From: Geosiphon pyriformis uo1
Taxonomy: Eukaryota > Fungi > Glomeromycota
Reading direction: 5' to 3'
NCBI GenBank assembly: GCA_016748015.1
Contig: JAAOMT010000135.1
Coordinates: forward strand, 929,085-993,084
Length of the DNA stretch: 64,000 nucleotides
Positions 37,533 through 51,649 of this stretch are shown one piece after another. The notes below the pieces were generated by a model. It did not search any database. It worked only from the letters and a program-made list of their open reading frames with translations, and had not been told where the DNA came from. The first letter of the stretch is position 1. Each line of letters starts with the position of its first letter. Both the position numbers and the translations under genes were made by a program.

Positions 37533-40086
37533 ATCCAATCTAATTAACCAGTCTATTAGCAATTTTATTGTCCAATATGCCAAAATAGTCTTTTATCTTA
37601 GTTCATTTTACAAAAATCTTTTTATTTTTAATCAAATTACAGATATAATGTCACTTAATCTAACACTTATTGTGGAGATTAAGTGCTACCAACTTCAATT
37701 CTCTTTTAAATTGTTCTAAATTGATAACTTAAATATTGTATCTTTACAAAATAAATTATATAAACTCAAACTAATATATTTTTTGAAGCTTGCACTTTGC
37801 TTAGAGCTATTCTTATTAAAATTTTTACTTAAAACCATATATATACTGGTATTAATAGTATTGGCTATAAAACTGTTGATATTAGCAACTTAAAAAAATT
37901 TAACATTAGTTAAAACACCAGTATACAGTCCAATAATAGACAATAAAACTTTGTTTTTAAAAAAAAACTAAACAGAAATAACTTAACCAAGAATTTTAGA
38001 AACCTTAGAAGCATAATAAGCCAAAAAATTTCTTATGATCAAAACAATATCTGAATTTCTAAAACTCACATTCATATTGTAATTAAACACATAAACTTTA
38101 TCAAATTTGTTTTTAATTTAAGACTTAATATTTGTTTTCAATTTTGTTTTAATAATAATTAATACCAAATTGTTATTATTTTTGTGCTATTTAATAATAT
38201 TACTTTGTTTAGCTTTATTTTTCATATTTTTAATATTGCAGGTAGCAAACTTTTATACCAGATTACTTATTAAAATAAAAAAAGACCAAAAAATTTGAAT
38301 CAACATACAACTGGCTAACTTTATTAAAACTGAATTAATTAAAGTCTCAAAAACTATTATTTTTAACTTCTAACTGCTTACTTTAGTGGTCAAAACTTTA
38401 AAACTATTTAGATTTAACACCAAAATTTTAATATTTACTAATAGAAAAAAGAGTAACAAAACTTGTAAGTTATCTAAAATTATGTTTAAATTCAAATTCA
38501 GATCAGATATTATTGAATTTATTAAAATAGAAAAGAGAAAAAAAAACCAATAACACCAAATTTATATTATTTAGCTTGCATATAATACCAAATATTTGGT
38601 TAGCAAGCAATTTTAAAAAACATTTTAAAGAGACCAAGTAAATATTAATAGATAAAATATCTTATAGAGAATAGAGAATCTTATCAAAATACAAAACACT
38701 AAAAAAAGAAGAACCAAATTAAATATTATTAAGAACAAAAGCTAGTAAGACTACTTAAGTTCAAAACTTGCTATCAAAGACAGCAAGATACAAAATAGAA
38801 ATGCTTTTTTTGGCATAATATCTGGCCAATTAGAAACAATTTTTATTCAAGGCAAATTTTTTATATAACTTTAAAAGTAAAGTAGCAGATGCATTTAAAA
38901 CATTACAATCTAAAACAAATATTCAAAATGTCTATACTTTTTACATCAAATTAAATTCAATCTAGTTTAAAAGATTTTTATATTATCTAAGATTAGCTTT
39001 GTATAAAAAACAGACTCCAAATTTTTTTTAGATTCAAAACCAATTATAGTATAACAAACTCTATTGTCTGTTTTAAATAAACAATTGATTATAAAAGTTT
39101 TTTTACTAGTTCTTTTTAACAAAACACTAAATTATGAGCCATTGTTCTCATAAACAAAGTAAGCAAAAATGCTTTAAAACAATTTCTAAACATTTAAACA
39201 TTGCAATTTTTTATAGTCTTAATTACATACACTAAATTTTTTTTAATTAAAAATAATTATTTAAATATTAATATGTTAGCTTAACTCAATTTAGTAAACT
39301 TTATTATAACTTTTTGCCACAATCTAATTAGTTACAATCAGATTAATACTATTTGAACATATTTAATTATTGTAATGATAATTATATTTTTTAACACATT
39401 CATAAGAATTTTTTTGATTATTATTGTCTTATCTGAACATAAATCTTGTTTTTAATATTGCTGTTTACTTTAACACTTTTTTTTAGCCAATAATACAGTT
39501 TTATTCATGTTTTTTTTTAATGTAAATATAAATCTAATAATCTCTTTAAATTTAAAAAAGTAATGGCTCTTCTAAAACCATTAATTAATAAAATTTTTTT
39601 TTAATAAACTGAGTTTTTACTGTAGTTAATTTGTTTTTAATTGTCAAAAAATTAATATTCAAAGCAAATGATTCTTAATTGCCATCTTCACTTGAGTTTT
39701 AACAATTTTAAAATTGATCTATTATTTGTCCAAAAAATATTGAAGAAAAGTAAAAAGAATTTAATATTTTTTTTTATTTTGAAATTAAAAAAACCAAAAA
39801 AAGAGTCATAATTCATACTAGTATTTACTCTTTTGGTTTTAAAAATAGCAACAATTAAAGTCAAAAAAAATTCACTATCAATATCAGCCATAATATTATT
39901 GTCTTTATTATTATTAGACTTACTGTTTATATTTAAATATATACTACTAAAAAAACTTCTTTTTCTCCTTCATTCCAAATTCCTAAAAAAGAGTCAAATT
40001 TTGAAAGAAGTTTTTTCTGTTTTTGCATACTATCTTCCACTATTTCACAAGAAACAAATCCTTTTGTTGTTGGACCAGCTGCCACT

Positions 40087-41928
40087 ATGAGTGGTCCTAG
40101 TGTTAAGAGAAGATCGGCCAGAGTCTCGTCTGCTGGTTCAGTTGGTGAAGGTTCAACTCAAAATGTCAAAAAGTTTCTCAGTAATATCAATCTCTTGAGT
40201 GTGGATAAGAATCTCAAAGATAGTGGGTCTGTTTGTATGGACAGGCAGTTTGCTAGCATGAATACGAATGGAGAAGCCTTTAATGATAATAGTGCATCTG
40301 ACTCCCAAATGAATATGCCCAATGCAAAGCATTTCAATACTGGTGCAGCTATCAGTTCCCTTATCAGCTCTATTAGTTATAACATGGATGATAAGGAGGA
40401 AGTTTCTCTTCCTCCCCGTTTGTCTTTCTCTTTAAAAAAAGTATGGGTAGACCCCAAAATTGTCAAGTCTCAGGTGGAAGTTACTGTGAAAAAGTTGTTC
40501 GCTTTGGACATCAATCTATCTGCTGTGGAAGAGAAGTCGGCTACAGCCAAGACTCAGGTTATCAGAAAGTTATTTTTAACAATCAATGGTTTTGGGGGGG
40601 CCACCATCCCCTCAAATTTTGAGGGAATCATCCAATCGACGTTTACTTCATCTGAAAGCATGGAAAAGGCCACGTCATTGGCCAGAGAAAATAACATCAT
40701 AGTAAACAGCGATCTTAAGAGACAAGGAGTTTGCTCAGATCGGGCCGTGGTTATCAAGAAAATTCCCATAGATATGCCAAAAGAAATGATCGTCACTGCA
40801 GTGTCTGAATTTGGTCAAGTGGTGTCAATCCAATTGCAACTCATTGGGCTGTGGCAGAAAGCTGTAGTGGAATTTGCCAAATTAAGTCAGGCAGATCAGT
40901 TGGCAGCTAAGTGGTCATTCTTAATCGAAAAAAATTCAGTGCACGTGGCCAAAGCTGTGAGGGATCGTGGAACATAGGCATCTAGAGATTGGTATAGAGC
41001 GCTTTTGTTTACTTTGCCGGTGGGAACAATGGCTCATGATCTTGGCAATTTTTTGGTAGGGGCTGGTGGGAAAACTTGTGTCATAAATCAATCCTTGGAC
41101 ACTGGTAATAGGGTTCATTGTGCTGTGGTTTGTTTTGAGAATAAAGAGGTATTAGAGTCTGCATTTTGTACGGAGCCTATTTTTGGTGGGGTGAGACTGT
41201 CTTGGGCTAGATTGGACATGATTAGGTGTGAACAGTATAGGAAACTTGATCATTCTGTGCTGGAATGTGATGCTGTAACCTTAACCCCTCCTGCTCTTTC
41301 CAAGTCATTTAAGAGGGTTGTTTCTGATGTGAATTGTCTCCAGTTGGCCAAGCTGTATGCAAAAAAGAGTGTGCCTATTTCTAGACCAGCTGCATTTGGC
41401 GGCAAATCATGGGCCCAGATCATCTCTCTGGTTTCTTCATCTAATGGTCCTTACTTTGGTTTTGGTTCTGGTCTTGGCTTTTCTTCTGGCGCCTCAGATG
41501 TGGCTGGTCACTTGTCTCCTGTGAACTCTGTTAGTTCATTTTTGAAAAATTGTCTCACTTTTTTGAAGTGTTCTTTGGAACTTCTCATGGATAAGGTGTC
41601 TGGTATTATTGACAAACTTGACAATTTAAACCTGGTGCCCTTGGTTTTCGCTTCCTCCTCTCAGCCCTTGGTTGTCCCTGGTTCAGTTGATGTGAAATTT
41701 GGTTCAAATATGGTTTTGGATGAACCTAAGTCTGCAGTTCTACCTCTTTCCTCAGTTTCTTCTGGTGTCTCAAGTTTGGGTTCGAGTAGTTCAAAAATCT
41801 TGACTTCGAAAGTGGGCTGTTTGGAGTCGAAGTTGATAGCTCTCGAAGCTTCGGTTTGTTTGGTATTGGAAAAGTTAGATCAAATATGTGCTGGCTCGGG
41901 TTCTGCAGTCTTTTTTGTTTCTCAATAA
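40087..41928 (+). pseudogene. LINE ORF1 (RRM-like regions plus degenerate CCHC knuckle)
   Basis: Single frame with one TAG at 40975; knuckle CEQYRKLDHSVLEC. Confidence 0.85.
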
Positions 41929-44900
41929 ATGATTTAGTATGAAAAATTGCCATGTCTAATGTCAGGGGAATGAACAATTCAGCAAAGCAAGAGGACATTA
42001 TACATTGGCACAGAAATATGAACAATTTGGTTTCAATTGTTACTGAGACAAAGTTAAAAGATAAGGTTCAGTCTTGGATTGCTAATAAATTCGATGGTGT
42101 TTGGGTCTTCATTTCTGGTTTGGATTCTGGTTACCTTGGTTCTGGTGTGATGATCATTATAAACAACATTCTGGCAAAACATGTATGTAAAGTTTTTGAA
42201 GTTCTTGGTTGTTTTTTGTCTGTCAAGCTGCTCTTTAAAAATAGGCTTTCAGTGTCAATTCTGGGTTTGTATGCTGGTGCTTCAGTATCTGCGCACTTCT
42301 CACAAGTGAATGAGATAAATTTTTTGATTGCTAAAGCTGTTAATAAGTCCTCTTTTGTGATATTGGGCAGTAATTTCAATGAAGATGGCTCTCGTAGGTG
42401 TGCTAGTTTCAGGAAATGTTCTGATTTGGGTTTGGTCAATGCCTTGAAAGGGAGCTTGTTTGGGAAAAATGCAACTTGGACCAATACTCGAGGGGTGGCT
42501 AAGACTATTGATTATGTGTTTGTGTTTTCAAGCTTGGTCAATGCAATCTTAGATCATAGTATGACCAGAGTTAATGAATATTTTGATACTGATCATAGGA
42601 CTGTTGTTGTTTTCATGGGCCTGGGTGGTCCCTTCACAAACAAATGAATAAAGATCATTGGAAATTCAATTATAAAGATGCTACGGCTGCCAAATAGGCT
42701 GCATTTAAGGAATCTTCTGCTGCTACTATGGCAATGTTGAAGTGTGATTTTGATGCTGCTCTATTGTTTCTGGATCTGGATGCTATGTGGAATGTCATCC
42801 ACAAAATTGTGTGCTTGTCAGCAAATGATGTTTTCAAAAAAAAATGGTTCAAGGGTTATGATAATGTGTTTACTAAGGAATCTTCTAAGTTTCACAAGTT
42901 AGAACTTTTGGTGTCTAAGCTAGTTAAAGCATCATATTTGGTTTCCTCAGAGAAATTTGTTGCATTACTGGGTATGTGGAACTCGTTGGATACTACAAAT
43001 GCTTCTGTGGTTGAGTTTTTTTTTTTTTCAGGGTCACATTTTGAGGTCATAAGATCTGTTTTGTTCAGAGTTAGAAAGTTGTATCATTCCTCTAAATTGT
43101 CTGAGTCAAAGTGTGCTGAAGAATCTCATATTAGGTCAGCTGTTAGTAGGAGGATAGAAAGTTTTAAGGTAGATAAAGGTTATACAATTAGGAGTGTGCT
43201 GAAGTGCCCCTTTCACAAGGTGGTATTGGATCACTTGGTTGCCGATGATGAACTGGTTTTGGAACCTAGTCTAGTTAAATTTAAGGTGGATGTTATCATG
43301 GAAGGCTGGACCAGGAAACGTGTATTGGTCACTGATGTCTCTTCTGATTGGTGTCGCCAATACCGACTCTTGAAGTACATATTTGATAATGCATTTTTGG
43401 AGATAATAAACCCTATTAGTTCTGTTGAATTGCTTGGTGTTGTATCAGACTTGCTTGATGATAAGGCTGCTGGTTTGTCTGGTATTTCAAATGAGCTTTG
43501 GAAGCATTGTAATAAATTGGTTCTTAATATGTTGTTGGTGCTTTTGAACTTTTATTTGCTCCGTGAATTTGTTCCTGGTCTTTGGAAGAAAGCCTGGATG
43601 TCTATAATCCTCAAACCTTATGAGTGGGAGGGAGTTCTTATGAACACCCAACCCATTGCTTTGATTGAAACCACTCGTAAGATCCTCTCAAAAATTCTCT
43701 CGGACAGAATTTCTTTGGTGTGCAGTACTCACAACATCCTCCGCGGAGACAATTTTTCTGTTTTGAAGAGTATGATGACACAGTCTTCTATCTTTGCTGT
43801 TGACTCTGTGGTCGAAGATGCTCTGGAAAAAAACCGTGAGCTTTCGCTGGTGTTGCAGAACATGAAGAAAGCCTATGATTCTGTTGGCTGGGAGCATTTA
43901 AAAAGAAGTCTGATCAGGATTAAAATGTGTGGCAGGTTCATTCAATTTTTTGGTGGCATTCACAATAACCAAGTCAACAGAGTGATAACTGACTTCAGCC
44001 TAACTGATGGTTATCAAGTCCATAATGGTCTCGATCAAGGGGAGGTGTTCTCACCTTTTCTCTGGCGTATATTTTATGATTCTCTTTTGTGTGAAGTCAA
44101 GAGGCAAGAAGAATTCTGTGGTTACAGGTTGAATTCTTATTTCATTGCTAAGACTGGCCATGTTGAACCTCAGACTGGTTTTTCTTCTTTCTTTGCTGCT
44201 GGTGCTTTCGTGGACAATACAATTTGGGTTGGCAGCAGTCAGGTTGCAACACAACACATTCTCAATGTTGCTAGTGAATTTTTTAGAATTAATAACATTT
44301 CAATAAACAATGATAAGACAGTAACTATTCCCATTAACTGCAGGGTTGTAAGCCCCTTTCTGATAATTAGTGGTGCACCTATTTCTATTGCCAAGAAAGA
44401 TAAACCTCACCAGTATTTGGGTATCTTTCTGTCTACAGATGGTTTGTCAAAGCCCAGTTTGGCCAAGGCGTATTTGGATGTCTGGTTTTTCACCAATCTC
44501 GTCCTAAAGAAGGCCATCTTTGATAAGCAGTTCTCATATTTGGTTTCAGTGGTTCTTCACCCCATTGTCAGTTATAGAATGCAGTTTAGTTTTGTTCCTT
44601 TTAGTATTTGCTGTAAATGAGATGCTTTGATTTGTAAAGGCTTCAAATCCAAAGCAGGTCTTCCTTTGGACTTCCCCAATGATGCTCTTTATCACCCCTC
44701 CTTTTATGGCTTAAAGCCTTTTGAACAGATTCAGGCTGAGAGTAAATCAGCATCCATGGTGTGTTTTGCCAATGCTGTTGGAATCCTGGGTTGTTTGTTT
44801 CTTCATAAGTCTCATAATTTACAGGCTATGAGCTGGCATCCTGTGCACTTTTTGGTCTTTCTGGCTTGTTTAAATTTGAATCCCTCAAACAATTTTCTGG

Positions 44901-46594
44901 CAGGTGTGGTTCGTATTTTTGCCGATTGCAGTTTATCTTTTAGTAGTCTTAGCCCCAGTGCATTCTGATTCTCCCATGGTACTTCCATGTCTTTGGTTCT
45001 TGGAGAGATGAAATTTTCTAAATGTTTCTCCTCACTTCAGCAGTATGAAATTGCCTTTGTGGAACAATTGCATTAGTGCAATGGTCTTGCTTTTGATTGG
45101 AAAACTTTCAAGCATTGGAAAAAACTGGACGCACATGGTCCTATTCCTGATTGGTTTAGTGTTTCTGTTGGTTATCTTGGCAGTACGGAGTCGTCTTTTT
45201 CTGTTCATGACTGTTTGGTGGGTGTTTTTTTTGCTCCTAGTGTCTTGGAATTCACTGATTTTGACTTGGTTTGTAATCAGTTGTTGGGATTGGGTGCTGA
45301 TAGCCTTTCAGTTTATACTAATGGATTCTTGGCTGGTTTGGATACTCTCAGTGTTAAATTGGGTGTGACAGTTTTCTTTAATGATATTAATATGGGTTTG
45401 GGTGTTAAGGTTTCGGGTTTGTTGTCATCTACTTTGGTGGAATTGCAAGCTATTCCACTCGTTCTCGAGTGTGTTCCTGCAGTTAGCAAAGTTTGCTTAT
45501 TTTTGGATAGTCAGGCTGTATTAGATACTTGCAAGTCAGAATTGGGTTTGGCCCATCTGGATTTTTGGAATAGTTGTTGGGTGGAGTGTCATTATATTGC
45601 TAATTTTGTTCATGCTAAGAGGTTGGATGTCAGTTGGTGTAAAGTTAAGGGATATTCTAATGTTATAGGTAATAACCGGGCTGATGAACTAGCTGGCCGT
45701 GTGGCTCTTTCTAATTTGGTTCTTCCCCCCTGGCTGGATGAGTGGTTTATCTTGGCTGGTGGTAGTCCTGTTTTGGGTAATTCTAGGCATTTTGTGTGTG
45801 ACATTTATCAGTCCATTCACCATTTACATTGGAGTTTTGGTTCAAGTACCAGAGTTGTTGCTGGTGAATTGCTCAGTGATATCAATTGACACAGGTCTTC
45901 TTCTGTTTGGCATCCCGATTCACACATGGCAGCTGGCTTCACTAGTAAATAGACTGCTGGTTTGCACACATACTTTATAAAGACTCTGCATTATAGACTG
46001 CCTGTAGCTGTTCATAAATGCCTCTATGATAGGAGTTATCCTAGTGTGGTTTGTTTGTATTGTGGATGTGTAGAGGTCTCAGACCATGTCTTTTCCTGTA
46101 ATTCTGACTTTGCTAGTCTTGATCGGCTGCTTAGTGATTTTGTGGTTAAATAGGAAGATATTTCTGGCCTTCATTGCCCTTTTTCTCACGTGCTGCAAAC
46201 TCTTTCTTCATGTGTTTTTGACATCTTAGTGTGTGTTGCTCTGTGCAAGAACTTTGTTTTCAATGATTGGTTTTTTGAGGCAGTTTCTGTTTTTGGTGAT
46301 CTGGAATTTGCTGGTGCAAAAATTGGGGACTTTGTCCGTGATTTTTGCCTGGCTTTTAAAGATGAGATTTGGTTGGTCCACATCAAACATTGTGTCTTTA
46401 TGGAGAAACATGGGTTAATTCTTCGAAACAGTTCTATGCCAGTTTCTATTTCTGGTCTATCTTCCCTGTATTCGGCTGAGGTTGTCAGGTTGTTGGGTAT
46501 TGATGATGTATTGGGTATTAGATTTGGTTTGTATAAATTTAGTTTGTTTGTTTCTGGTGCTTTAAATACGGTTTCCATTTATATAGGTGCATAG
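41925..46594 (+). pseudogene. LINE ORF2 (APE endonuclease, RT, RNase H, C-terminal zinc finger)
   Basis: APE: NVRG, ETK, GSNFN, IDY, TDH. RT: KAYDSV, GLDQG, FVDNT. RNase H: VYTNG, ELQA, LDSQ, GNNRADELA. Zinc finger: CLYC..DHVFSC. One frameshift near 42640 and several stops. Confidence 0.92.
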
Positions 46595-48281
46595 TGTTGT
46601 TCTGATTGGCCTGAGTGGCTAGTCATGTGTAGAAAGTGCATGATTTATGCCTAATTTAAATCAATTATTTGATGTATAGTATTAGGTAATGTTTGAACTT
46701 CACTCAATAAATGTTAAAAAAAAATATATATATACTACTATTAAGATTAAACTTAACCAAAAAAACATTTTTTTTATTATCAAAGTGTTTAATATTACTG
46801 AAAATAACCTTTTTTTTTAAGAAAAAAAGCAGAATTATAAAAAGTTTTTTAAATATTTTTTTCTTAAACATGCTATTACTTAAAGTAGTTTTCAAGTTTA
46901 TAATAAAAGATTTATTAATTTGAAAAATATTAAAAAAAAACAAAAACAAAAAACTTTTTTATTAAAAATATGGTTTTTGAAGAATTTTGGACATAAAAGA
47001 GAAAGAAGTTTGTTTTTTTATAATAAACCAAAAAATAAATACAAATTAAAAAATAAAATAATAAGATTTTTAAATATAATAAAAATTTTCAAAACTAAAT
47101 AAATTTTAAAAACTAATATTATATAAAATAAATTATTAACTTTTTATTAAATATTTTAGAATTTTTAAAAAAGCAAAAACTATACTAAAACTATATATAT
47201 ATTTTATTATTATCATTTAATGAACGAAGTCCAAACACAAAACTATATTAAATAAATTTTTAAAAAAAACTTTTAATTAATAAAAAACTGGTTTATTATT
47301 ATTTTATTTAAAAAAAGTATTTTTATAAAACATTATTAAACAATTTTAACAATTATAAATAAAAATATTATTAAATACTTTAAAAAATAAAAAATAAAAA
47401 AAATATATAAAAAAAGGTTTATTTTTTTATTAAAATTTTTTAAAATACATATTTATAATAAAATTTTTTTGGTTTAAAAAAAATTAATATTTATTAACTT
47501 AAATTTAAGTAATTAATTATATATAAAAATACATAATTAAATTTATTGTTTAATTTTTAAAAATAAAAATAAAATAAAACTTAATTAAATTATTTATAAA
47601 TACTGTTTAATTAACAAAAATTAATAACAACCAAAAATATAAAAAAAACCAAGAAAATTAATATATTAAACAAATTAATAATATTTTTATACATTATAAT
47701 AACTTAAAATTTTAAATAAAAATTCTTTATTTGAGCTAAAAAAAGTGTTTTTTTAATAATTAATAATTATTTTGTATTTATAATATTTTAAATTTTTTTT
47801 TAGCAAAGTAAAAAAAGTTTTCAAGTTATATTAAAAAAAATATTAAAAAAAATAAGATTTGTTTTTTTTAATTTTTTAATTAATTATAATTATGATTATA
47901 TTTGTTTTTTAAATTAAAATAGTTTTTTAAAGATTTATTTAATGTTAAAAATACATAGTTATAAATATAAATATTTTATAATTAATTGTTTTTATATAAT
48001 TTAAAATTATTATGTAGCAATTAAGCATTTATTAATTAAAAAACTACATTTTTTATTTATCAATTTATATATTTTAATTAAAAATTTTATTTTTACAAAA
48101 AAAATTTTCTTTATTTTAATTTCCAATTATTAAAACTGGCACAAAAAAGTTTGAAAAATTTAATACCCATATTATTCTTATTGATAATCTTTAACAAAAC
48201 TCAAAAGATTTATATCAATATTTAACAGAAATTAGGTTGGTATGCAAATTGATATGACGTACTAAAAAAACTGCAATTTAA

Positions 48282-51200
48282 TCAAGTGCCATATTTGGCC
48301 CAAGCAAAGGGAGAGGGCAAAGTCTTCATAATGTCCTCGAATGGCCGCTCAATCACTATAATTGAATTTTCCTCGATAAACTCCACGCACATTATTGATT
48401 GATACTTTCGTAGCACTTTGAAGTTCAAAAGTGATAACTCTTCTGGCGCCACTTTTGTTATATTATGTTCCCTTAATTTATGATGAAGCAATTCCTTTCG
48501 TTGCAAAATTTCCAACTCTGCATTCGATTCATCTACTTTCTTTTCGAAGTCTACAAAGCAAATGTAGCTTACCCCCCAAAGAATGGCAGTAGTTGGACGC
48601 GCTGGATTGAATGTACACCCAATTATTTTGTCTTTTAAATTGAGAAATTTTGTCGGCAAAGTTCGGGAATATTTCCGAGACCAATCAGTGAAATTTTTCG
48701 ACTCTAAATCGAACAGATAAATTTCATTAGAAGCTAAAGTTATCACCATTATCGGTGAACTTGGATCGAAAGTAAGAGATGTATGTATAGAGGAAAGGCG
48801 CGGAAGAGTTGTATAATACTAAAGAAAAGGAGAAAATGAGGTATACCCATTGATAACCTAGTAATTTGATTGAAAACTAAAAAATATCATACCTGAAGAG
48901 TTTTCAGATTATATAAATGTATTCTATTGGAAACATCCCCAGTAGCTAACCATTCACCATCTGTGCTTACATCAATGGTACTGATTGTCGAGGGTTCCGC
49001 CTTTGCATGATTGTTGAAATAACATAACACATTGAACTTATCCTGATGCCAATTATCCAGTTCAACAATAACAATGTATGAATTGACAGTAGCAATTATA
49101 AGTTTGCTGGAATCTGGTGTAAATAAGAGCCGATGTGCCCCACCCGAGATTTTTTTTGAGTTTCCAAAGACTTGAGAAAACCCTCGCATTTTGCGAACAT
49201 TTACTCCTCCAGGAAGAACTTCTATCCTGAAAAGCTTAATCTCTTCGATATCCGCTACAGCGATCCATTTACTATCTTCTGAAAGTGTACTGGAAGTTAA
49301 ATGGTGAGGGCCCTATTAATTAATAATCAAATTATAATTAGGAAAAATGGTACATAGACTAGATTAAGAATAAAATTCCATATTAAAATCATAATGTAAA
49401 TCTGAATTTCGATCCATATAGGAAATTTCCGGCTTAAGATTGCAAATGCCGTAAAGCACTGCCATTAATAGCCTTACATTGGTACACAGGAATCACTCTC
49501 GGGTTGATTGAAAATATCATATAAGTTTCCTTAATAAATTGCCTCTGAATTTGTATCCTCTTCGAGGCAAGGTACCATGTAACTTTCCCCAAGTTATAAT
49601 GGTAGTTCTCTAAGATAATAAACGCTCCATCTATTCCAAAAGTTGTTTCTTACATTAAATAAAATTTCAAGTAAAGAATCTTGTGGTTGAAGTAGCTTTA
49701 GTACCAAGGCGTCTTTTTTTTTCAAATCGGAGTCTATGGGTAACGTGCCTATTGAAGTTGAATCAGAATGTTAAAATCATTCAAAAGGTTCAAATTTAAG
49801 TGAGCAAACCAATTCTAATCTAAAAATCAAAAGTACCTTTCCCTAGCCTCCATAACTTTATTCCTTTCAGTGCCTGATACATGATCAATTTTTGTGATTT
49901 CGATACTGAAATCAAAGTCTTTGGAAAAATACGAAGGTGTCGGCAATTAACTTCGGGAAATTTTAAGAGTGGGGCAACAATCAAATCAGTGTCAACACCT
50001 TGAAATAAATATAATGAGCATATGAACAAGATATTCCTATGAAACCTTTAAAATTTCACCGATTAGCAACCAAGCAAATTATTTAATTTAATTTCATACC
50101 ACCAGATACTATTGACATTATAGTTTTTAATTCATTTATGGCCAGGGCTTTTACATCGTGTGCATGCAGTCGTCGAAATCCTGTAAGTAACCAATGCGAA
50201 AAGGCTTGAGTAGGATTTGTGGCAGATGGATCCTCCAGGTTTTCTTTTCCGACTAAATTAAATCTATTCAATTTATAATCTTGGCCTGAAGAGAAAACCG
50301 AGTTCCCTTCCTATATTGTTATGATAGGCACAATAAAACAGACTCGGTTATAAGCAAGGACCGAATATTAAATAATAACATTACTAAAAAGATCATCAAA
50401 TGAGGATTCACTTGATTGGAAGCCAAACAGAACACCGAGGCGGAATGGGCCTTAAAAGTTTGCAACATTGTACCCATCTCTCCATCCCAAAATTTCACGT
50501 CACCTCGGGAATCCCCACTCACAATTGTCCCGTCTCTATAATATTATTTTGATTATTTACCAGCAGCAACGAAGAAATTTCATCCAGATTATGTTAAATG
50601 AAACTCACTTAAGGGCAAGAACAGCATGCACAAAAGTATCTCTTCCTTTGATACCTTCTACAGTTAATTTATGTTTAACACGACCTTCAGTGGAAAAATT
50701 ATAACATAAGTATCCTAAGCAATCAATTTCACAAGAGATTGAGCTGTGTAAATAATGTTTTTACCATTAGAGGTCTCAAAGATTCTGATGCTGCAATCAG
50801 ACCATCCTGTTGCAATAATTTTGTCAGCATCATCCAAAGCTAAAGACAATAATTTGGCATTTTGTCTTGTGAAAGTTTTTAGCAAAGTCAACTGGTCATC
50901 GAAAATATCGAATAATCGCATAACACCGTCATCGCAGCCTACAACGAGTGAAGTGCCTGAATGATTAGCGGCCATGCACCATATGGTCCCACCGTTTGAA
51001 TGTAGCTTTTTCTAAGTGTTAACAGAAAATCAGAGAAGCTGAATAAAGGTAAGATATTGGATTAATCCTTGTCATCATTTTATTAAAATCAAGCTACCTT
51101 TGGTTTTAATTTGTCAAGATCCCATTCAATTATTAGTCCACTCTTGGTCCCAGAAAACAATCGTGGTGATTTTTTTATCAAATCTCTTAAAGCTTTTTCC

Positions 51201-51529
51201 TTTTCTTCTTCAGTATCACACAAGTCTATAGCGGCTTGTGAAAGAGTCACCTGGTGGGCCCATACAAGAGCTTCCAACCCATAGTTATCTCCGCCTGGTA
51301 TTGTCTTTTTAAAAACACATTAACCTTGGAATCGACAAAGGAAAAATTTAAAAAGTCGACTCCGGCGTACTTTTATCAAGTTCCATCTGTTTATAGGACT
51401 CAAAATCTCAATTTTTCCATTAGCTCGGCCGCAGGCAAGCAGTGACTGAGTAGTGTAGGGTGTGAATGTCAGGGAAACTATAGAATCAGGTGTGTGTTCA
51501 ACAAAACGACAACGGTGAACTTCAAGCAT
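48282..51529 (-). CDS. UTP4: U3 snoRNA-associated WD40 protein Utp4 (cirhin), multi-exon
   Basis: N-terminus MLEVHRCRFVEHTP...LACGRANGKIEI; SGDSRGDVKFWD; RRLHAHDVKAL; SGGVD; C-terminus VIERP...LPSPFAWAKYGT*. Confidence 0.9.
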
Positions 51530-51649
51530 TTTGAATCTATCAGACTTTTGATTCAAAATGGCTGAATAAAAATTTTTGAGATTTAGATAATAAAATAGCA
51601 ATTTTTATCCAGTAAGAAAATCTTTCACAGTATTTTGAAAATTCTGGAA
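51530..51649. promoter_or_regulatory. Putative bidirectional promoter between UTP4 and EIPR1
   Basis: Divergent start codons are only 120 bp apart. Confidence 0.6.

Larger units (their letters stand above)
39950..46727 (+). mobile_element. Full-length non-LTR retrotransposon (LINE) with RNase H
   Basis: 13-bp TSD ATATATACTACTA (39937-39949 and 46728-46740), A tail, ORF1 and ORF2. Confidence 0.95.
34713..47020 (-). mobile_element. Old, heavily decayed LINE with a large ORF2 deletion, hosting two solo LTRs and a younger LINE
   Basis: ORFs 35045-35239 and 35285-35476 match the C-terminus of the young LINE ORF2. ORF1 remnants at 39300-39900 continue at 46740-46900. Poly(A) and a 3' tail near 34713-34850; 5' UTR-like sequence near 47020. 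Confidence 0.75.
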
